Source: Eledone cirrhosa (taxonomy: Eukaryota). Taken from it: DNA of 64,000 bases. The stretch is from contig OZ024741.1 in NCBI GenBank assembly GCA_964016885.1, positions 382,106,001 through 382,170,000 on the forward strand, written 5' to 3'. A model generated the notes under the pieces. That model ran no database searches. It had not been told where the DNA came from and saw only the letters and a program-made list of their open reading frames with translations. Each line of letters begins with the position of its first letter. Position 1 is the first letter of the stretch. The translations under genes and the position numbers were made by a program. Of this stretch, positions 1 through 11,563 are shown piece after piece.

Positions 1-34
1 TGACTCTGCTGGCTTAGAGCCACAGAAAGGGCCA

Positions 35-945
35 GTGGATGATGGATCAGCTGTCTCTGAGACAAATATAAAGAATGCAGTTTTGTCCTGCAGAAGAGCC
101 ATCAAAATGGGCACTTTGAATGTGAGGACTATTCGGACGCTGGAGAAGAGAGAGGAGTTGGGACATCTGTTCGAGGAGAGTGGTATACAGATACTTGCGA
201 TCCAAGAAGACAGGATTCTACACGATGAGCCCGTGAGGAGTGTGATGATTGGGAAGAAGAGCCAGCTTATCACTACATCGGCAGTGAAGAACACAACAAA
301 TGCTGCAGTAGAAGGAGTGGGTTTTGTGTTCAGTGCAAAAACCAATCTGTTGGTGAGGGAAATAATGCCTATCTCCCCGCGAGTGTTGAGGGTGACCTTC
401 AATGGAAACCCAAGACTGACAGTCATCTCAGCCTATAGTCCAACCGAGGGGGACAGTGATGTGAATGCGGAAGAGTTCCATGAGGAGGTGTGTAGAGCTG
501 TCAACCCCACTCAGGCACACAATATCCTGCTTGTTTTGGGGGACTTCAATGCACATCTGAGTAAGGAGGGCAGTGAAGATCATTGCTGGTACTTCCATAA
601 CAACACCAACCGAAATGGAAGACTACTGAGAGACACACTGCTGGAGGCGAACTTGATGGCGACCAACCTAGGGTTTAGGAAGAATCTGGGGAAGATGTGG
701 ACCTACATCTCAGATATGCACCTGTCCAAGTCCCAGATTGATTTCATTCTGGTGAGGAAAAAGTGGCGGAATAGTGTTCCGAACACGGAACCATACAGCT
801 ATTTCAGTACACTGGGTAGTGACCACCGGCTTGTTATGAGTGAGGTCCGCGTAAGCTTAAGAAAGAGCAAGGCTCAGCCCCGGAGAACAATATATGGCTG
901 GGGAGCTTTCAAGGAAGATGATAAGCTACAGGAGAGGTTCACGAT
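35..945 (+). mobile_element. RTE-like non-LTR retrotransposon fragment, apurinic-like endonuclease (APE/EEP) domain only; truncated before RT
   Basis: ORF 35..982 has APE motifs GTLNVRT, LAIQE, GVGF, ISAYSPT, LGDFNAH, NRNG, SQIDFILV and SDHRLV; similarity ends near ERFTIN. Confidence 0.9.
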
Positions 946-1599
946 AAACAAAATTCGAGATGAGCGGCAGAGGGCTCCATAATTCAGATAAATCAGAGCT
1001 ATAACTATCGTTAAAATACCGTCACACGTAGAATATGTCTACAATCAACCAAACGACCGAAAAATTGCGATATGGAAGATTCGGGACACTCAGATAAATT
1101 ATCAATAAATCAATAAATCAAATGAATGTAAAAAGCATACCCGGACCCACTACAGAGATGGTATATCCAGCTTCTTGGGTTTCTCTAAATCCTTAAACCG
1201 TCCTCCATCAGCTCACATAAAAATATAAGACTTATAGACGACGGGGGACTGGAGTTTACTTCTTCAACGAGCTTTAGTCCGAACGAATGAAAAGACAAAA
1301 CCCAGGCTGAAAATACGCACAGCGATTTCAGCAAGGGAGATAACCTTTATATCCGCAAAAAATATTCGGGAAAATGTGGAATAACACATATATCACATAT
1401 TTTTTTATGTGTTTGACCCGAATTACTTGGTCGTTTCTATGGCTATGCGGATGACGGTTTAACCATCGTCTCAGTGTGTTTGGCCTTTAACGTATGTTGT
1501 AGCTCTGGTTCGTCAGAATTATTGACCGCTTGCCACACATCTCGGAAGTTGCTTTTCGCTAATTTCAAAGCCGAAATACGATTCTCGCTAATTTATATT

Positions 1600-1653
<54 letters not shown>

Positions 1654-1765
1654 TAAGAGGAATTCCAACTTTGTCTGATTTACTCGTTTTATTTACAATC
1701 CTTTAAAATTTATAATGGTATTATAATGAAATAGTATGATAGAATATTAAATTCTAAGTGTTAAT

Positions 1766-1804
1766 TGAACAAGTACTTTCATGCTTTCGCAATCTTCAGG
1801 TTCA
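1766..1804 (-). ncRNA. Minimal hammerhead ribozyme motif (inverted pLTR copy)
   Basis: Exact reverse complement of 3869-3907. Confidence 0.75.
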
Positions 1805-1924
1805 TAATATGTGGTGACAGTCAAGTTTGCAATTTTCAACTGTAATAAGATGGGTAAATTTCCTACCTTTTATACATTTTATACAGGGAAAAGTGGCTCC
1901 AGAGTGCTAAGCCCTGTAAACTGC

Positions 1925-3465
1925 ATTTCGGCCAATATAGCTGGTCCAACATGCCGCACCCACCGTCTAAGCAATTTTGTTGACATTATTTTGAAACCAC
2001 TATGTATTCACATACCCAGTTTCATCCGGGATGATATCGACTTCCTGTCCCATCTTCCCAAAACCACGAAAACGAATTCACTTCTACTCAGTTTTGATGT
2101 GGTAAGCCTTTACACCAACATTACACATGATTTAGGAATAAAGGCGGTTAAATACTGGGTGGAAAAACATAGAGAAGTGATTCCCATCACATTCACAGCG
2201 CCATTTATATTAGACGCAGTTAAACTTATTCTGGAAAACAACACTTTCTTCTTCAATGGAAAGAATTACATCCAAATTAGAGGCACAGCGATGGGAACGA
2301 AGATTGCTCCCGTTTACGCGAACTCTGTAATGGAATACTTAGAACAACAACTCTGCCAAGAAATAGAGGAAAAATATAGTACTGACTTTAGAAAGTACAT
2401 TGAAAATCTTGGAAGAGATACCTTGACGACTGTTTCATCATCTGGACAGAATCTCTAGATACTCTGGATGAGTTCAATATCCTCCTGAATAACCTACACC
2501 CATCTCTCCAATTCACAAAAGAGATGAGTAGGACCAAATTACCATTCCTAGATATAATGATAATCAAAAACGACACCACCATTTTCACGGATATATATTA
2601 TAAACACACAGACACCCATCAATATCTGAATTTTAAGTCGTGCCATCCACAGCATACAAAACGCAACATCCCATACTGCCTAGCCAGAAGAATTTGTACC
2701 ATTGTAGAAGATACGAATACCAGGTACAAACGCCTAACAGAACTAAGAGAATCTTTGCTCATACAAAAATACCCATCTCTACTTATAGAAAATGGCATAC
2801 ACCGCGCTATAAAAATACCTATACAACAACATAGGACAACCCAAGGAACAAGAAACGAAGAACTGGTCATACCATTTATAATGACACACAACCCATGTCA
2901 CCAGAATATCTTCAACACTGCCAAAACAAACCTACCGATCATTGCTCAAAGTAATGAATTAAAAGGCTTAATCACAGATCGATCTTTGACTCTTAGTAAA
3001 AGACAGCCGAAAAATTTGAAGCAATTACTAACAAAAGCAAAGTTTGACCTTACCAACAAAGACCAATCATTCACTGTATCTAAATGCAATGATAGTCGAT
3101 GTGGCAGATGTCAATCCATACACGCCGGTCAATATATGAAAAGAAAAACTGGAAAAATATTCCCAAATGCAAATATGAACTGCAAAAGCAGAAATCTAAT
3201 TCACTGCATTAAATGCCCGAATTATGAAGAACTATATGTCGGTCAAACTGGAAATGCACTATCGGAACGTGCACGGCTACACCGTCAACAAATCAGAGAC
3301 CCAAATGTCCGTCAGATACTCCTAAGTAACCATCTAGCAACATGTGGTCAGTGAATATTTATAATATTCCCATTCTACAAATTACGCAGCCCAAGTGAAA
3401 TCAAGAGAAAAATCAAAGAAAAGAATTTTATTGATTAATTCGAACCCAAGCTAAATGAACAATAA
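1925..3465 (+). pseudogene. PLE reverse transcriptase + Cys linker + GIY-YIG endonuclease, frameshifted
   Basis: FDVVSLYTNI, GTAMGT, (R)YLDDC in a shifted frame near 2417, LPFLDI, SCHP, KCNDSRCGRC, NLIHCIKC..LYVGQTG..R..H. Confidence 0.9.
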
Positions 3466-3512
3466 TAACACTTAGGGCTATTACTTCTACTACCACTATG
3501 ACTACGACCACT

Positions 3513-3554
<42 letters not shown>

Positions 3555-3567
3555 AATAATAATAATA
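3513..3567 (+). repeat. (AAC)n(AAT)n microsatellite in PLE 3' UTR
   Basis: Direct read. Confidence 0.95.
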
Positions 3568-3868
3568 AAAGTGATGTTGAGTGTGATGATTAATAGAAAA
3601 TGCTCTTTTCATCATTTCTAAAGATAGCAAAACAATTGATGCTTTGGATATGATTAATTATTGGACGTTAGACATGCTCAACCAGCCGTGACGCTTAAAC
3701 CAATCAGCTTTAGTAATTCTGTGAAACTACACACTGATTGGTCGAAATAAAGTTTGCAGGGCTTAGCACTCAGGAGCCACTTTTCCCTGTATAAAATGTA
3801 TAAAAGGTAGTAAATTTACCCATCTTATTACAGTTGAAAATTGCAAACTTGACTGTCACCACATATTA

Positions 3869-3907
3869 TGAACCTGAAGATTGCGAAAGCATGAAAGTAC
3901 TTGTTCA
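3869..3907 (+). ncRNA. Minimal type I hammerhead ribozyme motif in PLE pLTR
   Basis: TGAAC-CTGAAGA-tTGCgaaaGCAt-GAAA-GTACTT-GTTCA: stem I TGAAC/GTTCA, conserved core, palindromic AAGTACTT in place of stem III. Confidence 0.78.
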
Positions 3908-4107
3908 ATTAACACTTAGAATTTAATATTCTATCATACTATTTCATTATAATACCATTATACATTTTAAAGGATTGTAAATAAAAGGAGTAAATCAGAC
4001 AAAGTTGGAATTCCTCTTATTAATATAATCTTCTATACACAATCATACACACCCGTGTATATTTACCTATCTATATATATATATATTCCTATTGTGTATA
4101 TGCCAAC

Positions 4108-5302
4108 ATGTCTGGAAAGCAACAAATGAAATCAACAGAATCAGAAAGAATTCTAAAGGAGATATCATCGAAATTATCAACACTTATCACGATGATGGAC
4201 ACACAATCCTCTATTTTAAAGGAAATAGAAAAACAATCTTCAGACGGAAAACTTATAATTGAACATATAAACTCTGAAATTAATAATTTAGCTGAATTTA
4301 TACCAACAGTTATCAAAGATACAACAGAAAGCCTACCACAACCCCTTTGGATGTCAGAAATAAACGAAAGAAATTTGGAAAACAAAACACATCGAATAAG
4401 AAAAGAAATGTGGAAGACATGGAAAAAATTCCTTAACATAAGAAAACAAAATTTCTGGAAAGCACACAAATGCGAAAAATATGTCGAAACACATTCGAAA
4501 TGGCTCTCTCTAACGGCACCCATACTCCCTCGTAAATACCTAATTACAGAAATTGCAGGAGAACCAGAAGAAGAAACAAAACTCCGATGGGAACTTACAT
4601 TGACAAAATTCAGGACCAACATCTCCATTTCTGAATGTAAACAATCCCGCTACAAAGCCAAATATGAAGCTATTGATGACCAAATTGAAGTTGAAATTTC
4701 AAAGCTAACGACTGGTATTATAGCTGAAATACTACGAGAACTATGGATCAGAGATATCTCAAAAGAAGAAAACAAATCAAAAAAGGTATGGCAGCAGAAA
4801 CAATTATTTCTCGACGAATATGCTGCAAATTACGGTAAAGACTCTGGAACCCTGAGAAAAAGCATTAAAAGTGGACAATCTCATCAACACAACATACGTC
4901 AGAACACGTGCCAACACAAACACTCACCTTACCTTGAATCAAAGAAGAATTACGGTAATAACTCTTCGCTTTTTCTACAAAAACACCCTATCGCACACAA
5001 CATGAACAAAAAGCACAAACACGATAGATATTCCTTTGACCAGACCATGAGAAGTAGTAAAACCAGGAGATTATTCTCAAGATCTCAACAGAGACTACCA
5101 ACAAGGAATGTCGAAACAAAACGTAGAATAACCAGATCACTTTCAAGATCTCAACAGAGATTGCCCACAAGAAACTGGACGAAAAAACGATCTAAACCTG
5201 AAAGCAAACCTAGGTCATTTCACCAGATTGTTAAAAATAATGCTAACAGGAAGAAAAATAATATACAGAATACCAAAAATAGGACAAAATACATAACGAA
5301 AC
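4108..5302 (+). CDS. Uncharacterised PLE-associated accessory ORF (helical/coiled-coil-like N half, basic repeat-containing C half), interrupted by a Tx1 fragment
   Basis: About 400 open codons from ATG 4108 just after the pLTR; by-eye homology to the ORF remnant at 48050-48358 that precedes another PLE RT. Confidence 0.6.
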
Positions 5303-6210
<908 letters not shown>

Positions 6211-7239
6211 CGCAGCCTTTTTGTTGTCGTTGTTGTACTTCTCTTTACATTTTATGTAGTTCTTAAAAAAGCATCATCATTATTTCCAAGAAACAAATGA
6301 ATGAACACTGAATACATGCCTTTTCCAATGAAAATACTAAAACAAATAAAGCTTGGAATTAATGATTGTTGCTGCAGTTTTCTGGTGCTTGCTATTGCTA
6401 TCCTTATTGATGTTGTTGATGACTGTGATATTCTCATCATTCACGTTTCCTTTATATTCAATACACCTAACTATTTTTCTTCTAATCCAACATAAACTTA
6501 AATGTTGGTCTGATCGCATTGGAGATAATCGTGTAGAGAATGATAACATTAACATTGACAAATAAAACCAGAAAATATATATTGTAAATTCCAAAGTTAA
6601 AAATAAGAATCCTACTTAAACAGTTTTTAAATACGTATCTATCAACATTAAAGCTATTACCAAATTCTTACGAAATGTTTCGAATATACGTGTATTTGTG
6701 ACAACTACAAAAAACTAAATTCATTAGAAGCGGATAACTTAGAGCTAAACTGGAGTTTATTAGATAAATAAGTTAAGCAAAATTGTCACTATTAATTGAA
6801 AATGTCATCTTAGTTGGAGAAGGAAAAAATAACAGTTGACATTTTCACTAAAACTTGAAGAAAACGTAATACATTTTATAAAAATAAAGTTAATCATTAA
6901 TTTACATGCTTAGGCAGGTATAGGGAATATTATCGAATAGTTTTCATCGTTTATGATCTCGTCAGGAAGCATAGTAAAACTTGAGAACACATTTAGTCTG
7001 TTCGCAAAAGTATTTGAATATATTCTATTACGCTTTTACATGTTCAAGAATAAGGATACATGTCATGCTGTGGCACTACCATTTCAGTATATGGAATAAT
7101 TAAAGTGGTTGATATCACCTAAGGGAAATAAATAAAATGAACCATTGTAATATAGTAAGATAAATACTTAAACTGTTCAGCACAGCAGTTTCTGCGTCAA
7201 CTGTTAAATGATGCGGACGAATGCAGGACGAACACTTAA

Positions 7240-9068
7240 TTCAATCAAGGGGTCAAATATCCCATTCGAGAAAAAAGGAGGTCTACAATTCTTGCCTTGG
7301 AAACAAGTCCTCCTTCTTGCACTTGCTGTCCATACAGGCACATAGAGTGATGGCAGAGACAGTAAAGGCGTTCAAAATTAAGACAATATGAGGAGTTGGG
7401 AGTTAATCTGAAATCCGACTTCAGATCAGCAAATAAAATGTTCTGGCACACCAACCGCTGACATCAAATTAAAAAGTCCACACTTGCTATCAGGAGTGCG
7501 TCTGGGATTCTCCTCATTTCAGAGATGTGCATTCTCGTGAGTTGGTGAAACTACTTTGCTGATATATAAACCCGATCACAACAGCACCTTCAAATGTACA
7601 GGAAGTGCCTCTGGGGGTGGTAACTAATCTCACAAGAGCAGATGTGGCACGGCCTCTGGTGAAGATGAAATCCGACGGGAATGTTAGAGAATGTATTCTC
7701 TAGTTGACTCATGTGTGCCATGTGGCCTTGGTCTCTGCAAAGTCATCTATCGGGAGTGATAAACCTAATCTTCCAGAAGGGAGACAACAAAGACTGTTCC
7801 AAATATAGAAGGATCTCTCTTACTTAAGCATCTACGTTAAAGACTATGCTAAGTATCTGACAAAGAAATGTAGGGAGATTGTTTTGTCCAATATAGCTGA
7901 GGAACAGTGAGGTTTTCGCCCCGGACGCAGCAAGGCCACCCAAATATATCACACTGATACAGGGGTCGAGAAATCGTGGGAGTATTGCCAAGAGATACAT
8001 TCTTGTTTTGTAGACCTCGAAAACATACAAAGCGTTTCTTGGATATGTTGTGGAAGGTTGTGCAGAAGTATGGGATCGATAGTCAATGTCTTGTTGTCCA
8101 GATATCTCTATACGAATGCTTGAGTATTTTTTTTTCAGGTAAATGGTGCTAAATCGGAAGCATTCAATATCAGTGTCGGGCTCCACCAAGTGAGCATACT
8201 GTCACCCCTTCTTTTCATTGTTTTCATGAACAGTATTGAAATGCACAGCCAAGTTGGAAGTGTTATCACGAGTGGCCCGGGTAAATTTGTTCTGCTGGAA
8301 TATGCAAACGATATGGTGCTGCGTAACCCAACAGAAGGTCATTTCCGACTTGCACTTCATATTGTTGGTGCCGTGTGCTGCTTAACAAGAATGAAAATAA
8401 GTGCTGCAAAATCTCAGATACTCGTCCTCTCAAGGAAGGTTGGGCAGTACACTTTACATTTGAATGCAGTTCCACTGAAGCAGGTCAAGAAGTTCAACTA
8501 TCTTGAGGGCGTATTCATGAGTGATGGTAGGCAGTAAGTGCAAGAATTGCAGAGGCTGGTGCAGTAATATTCCAGCTTGTTTTCATTAATGAGAAGAAGG
8601 GAGGTAGGTCTAAAAGCCACACACACACTGTATCTTCAATTCGGTCTTCGTTTTAACTATGGTCATGGAACCTGGGTAATGACAGAAAGAATACGATCTC
8701 AAATGCAATCGACCGAAATGGGGTTTCTTCGAAGGGTCTATCTGAGTAACGTTTAATGACAGATTGCATAGCTCGGAGATCAGAGAATCACTCCGGGTAA
8801 AATGTCAACTTCTTAGAATTGAGAGATCACAGCTGTAATACTATGGTTAGAATGTCTCAGGAAACAAACGCTGAACAAATGTTACGGGAAGACTAACCGA
8901 CAAGAGACCCAGGATTAGACGCCGAGCAAGAGGGTTCCATAACATCCTTGATCTTGTCTGGTCTCACTTGGAAATCCAGCCGGATCATTTGGACACAATT
9001 GCTGCTGGAAGTGTGTTTTAGGACTCTACGCCAAAGGCCCTCTCAAAAATAAGTTGGCAAAGAAGAGA
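7240..9068 (+). mobile_element. Degenerate RTE-clade LINE (Rex3/Expander-like)
   Basis: Remnants EEQ*GFRPGRS, CFVDLE, ILSPLLFIVFM, LEYANDMVL, LKQVKKFNYL, YGHGTWVMTERIRSQ; homologous to 35230-37179. Confidence 0.85.
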
Positions 9069-9070
9069 GC

Positions 9071-9142
9071 AGATGTACAGCAATACAAAGATATTCTATA
9101 TAAAGTGGAGATGTACAGCAATACAAAGATATTCTATATAAA
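9071..9142 (+). repeat. Tandem duplication of about 34 bp (AGATGTACAGCAATACAAAGATATTCTATATAAA), 38 bp period
   Basis: Direct read. Confidence 0.9.
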
Positions 9143-9794
9143 TTGAATATTTTAACAGTACTAGTTGATGGAATAAACAAAAAGAAAGAAAAAGAATGTA
9201 TGATTCCAGCTTTACGATTTTCTAAGGCAGGGAAAAACATTTTCAAAAAACCTTTTTATATTTATAAACATTTGTGAACTGGGCACAAAGTATTGCGTGA
9301 TCAGATAGTAATTGACACATTTCTTACTAATAAAGATAAAATATTCACTAAGCAAATAATTTAATATAAAATATATTGAACGTTTTTGATATTATCTTTC
9401 CTTTTCTTCAGAATTCACAAACAATCATCGCGAGGTTTGTATCAGAGTTTTTAATCTAATAGATACATTTAAATTTGTTGAGATTTTTTTCTTGAATTCA
9501 CCTCATTCACACACTTTACTTGTTTCACTTAGGTCATTTTAGTTGCTTTTCATTTAGCAAATTATTAACCTTTTCTTGCCTTTCTTATATCTAAAACTCT
9601 TTGTCATTGGATAAAGTTATCCTGATTTTGATTAGCTTAAATGGTAATAAAGAACAGATTTAGAATTTCATGAATGTTACCAATTAAATTTGTTAAAGAA
9701 TTCGTAATTCCTTGAAATATATATCCTACGTTTTTTTTATGAAAGTGGCTATCTATAAACCACTTTATTTTCAGCTTATGATTAAGAATTCCAA

Positions 9795-10005
9795 GGGCAG
9801 TGGATTGACATTATCGGTAGAGAATCGGACACCATGCTTTGCAGCATAGAGTTACGGTCTGAGTTCAAATCGCACGGAGGTTAAATTTGCTTTTCATCCT
9901 TACGGGGTTATTAAATAAAGGACCAGTAACGTACTGGTGTCAATTTAATCGACTTTCCACTCCCTCCAAATTACTGGCCTTGTGCCTTTACTAGAAGTCA
10001 TTATT
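9795..10005 (+). mobile_element. tRNA-derived SINE
   Basis: B-box GAGTTCAAATC; core TTTGCyTTTCATCCTTACGGGG..AAATAAAGkACCAGT; 3' ACTGGCCTTGTGCC; several copies in window. Confidence 0.85.
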
Positions 10006-10017
10006 AAAAATTCCTCA

Positions 10018-10228
10018 GGGCAGTGGATTCACAGTATCGTTAGAGCGGCTGACAATATGCTATAATGTATAATGTTACGGTCCTGCATGTTCAGAGTTCA
10101 AATCCGGAAGAGGTTAACTGTGCATTTCATCCTCATATGGTAAATAAAACAAGCACACTGGGATGATTTAATCGACTTTCCTTTCCTCTAGAATGTGTGG
10201 CCTAGTGCCAAAATCAGAAACTATTATT
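10018..10228 (+). mobile_element. tRNA-derived SINE, tandem second copy
   Basis: Same family as 9795-10005, more diverged. Confidence 0.8.
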
Positions 10229-11476
10229 AAGAATTCTTTTGTTGATCAGACAGTATATAAAATCATCACTTATCTAAATTCATCCAATTGCACCACGTTA
10301 GTTATTCCTCTCTTTTATTAAATAAAAATAAAATCTGAACTTTAAGTAATGTTACTATTGGATCGATGTTATTGACCAGTGTAGTCCTAACAAATCAGAA
10401 GGATAAAGAGATAAACAGCATATGTCGTTGTTATAACAAGCAAAATGCTGAATGATATATTTATTCATATCTACGACGCAAATGATTGACACTTTTATGA
10501 ATATGGATGATTGGGCTACACAGTACTGGATGCTAAGGCTTAATGCTTAATAATGATTTGTTGACATCTGCTTTAGTTGTCAACTTTAAGATTTCAGAGA
10601 TAGATAAAGAAATATCAGCAGTTATATAAGACTGAGATTATAGCTTACAGTATTTCGCAGGAAATAAACAAAACGTATTAGATACTTTTCTTATTGCATG
10701 TGTACAGTGGAAGCATTGATGTTTGTCTGGGAGGAACCTATCTTATAGCAAGGAAAAAGGTGTAATACACTAATCGACCGACATGGGTTCCAATTAGATT
10801 AACTTCACTGAAACTGTGAAGAAAAGTTGTTAAAAAATAGTATTTTTTGCAACACACTGACGCGTATGAGTATATGTGTCTGCGTGTGTGTATGTGCATA
10901 TGCATACATTTATATGTATGAGTATATAACTATAAACGTGCAAACAGAAATAATTACAAAAATACACAGAAACACACACATCCACAAAAACACGTACACA
11001 GTATGAGAAATGGAACGCTAGACGCTATTTTGCTATAGATTGTTCACCATCCGCTGCCTTCCTTTTACACCCACATGCATTCACGTAGGGAGCAGGCGTA
11101 AAGAGAGAGGAGTAGTATGAGGTAGTCAAACTACTGCTCTTTCTTTACGTGTTGTGACAGAATCGCAGAAATTTATATATAGATTTCAGTACAAACTATG
11201 TAGAATATTCGCATTTTGCTTACAACCAGGATGCCGTATATACAGAGTTCAATGCTTACCGACCATATCATCTTTAACAAACAATATCCCTATTCAGTGT
11301 TAGCATTGATGCATTCATAACTTAATACAAAATGATTAATTCATCCTAATATTTGGATAAAGACTCCAACCCAGTATATTGCTGCCTTATAAGTGAGAAT
11401 TTAATAAATTAAATAGTTTAACTAACATCTTAACCCTCATATGAGCGGTATACTTTTGCCACTGCAGGTTAAAGAA

Positions 11477-11563
11477 TCTTCTTCTTCTTCTTCTTCTTCT
11501 TCTTCTTCTTCTTCTTCTTCTTCTTCTTCTTCTTCTTCTTCTTCTTCTTCTTCTTCTTCTTCT
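11477..11563 (+). repeat. (TTC)n microsatellite at the 3' end of the HERO-like element
   Basis: Direct read. Confidence 0.97.

Larger units (their letters stand above)
1651..4075 (+). mobile_element. Penelope-like element (Neptune-like), 5'-truncated, with inverted 5' pLTR; inserted at (TA)n
   Basis: RT and GIY-YIG remnants at 1925-3470; 1651-1922 is the reverse complement of 3751-4024; (TA)n on both sides. Confidence 0.92.

Noticed and set aside
1452-1472. Hairpin GATGACGG-tttaa-CCATCGTC as part of a hammerhead
   Set aside because: No correctly spaced CUGANGA and GAAA boxes on either strand
1811-1922. N-terminus of ORF 1811..2458
   Set aside because: Translation of the inverted pLTR, not RT sequence
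9071-9142. Short direct repeats here, at 25708-25754 and at 52232-52340 as CRISPR-like arrays
   Set aside because: Only two units each, no unique spacers, no cas genes, eukaryotic context
9795-9880. tRNA gene
   Set aside because: A/B-box-like head continues into a repeated SINE body; no complete cloverleaf
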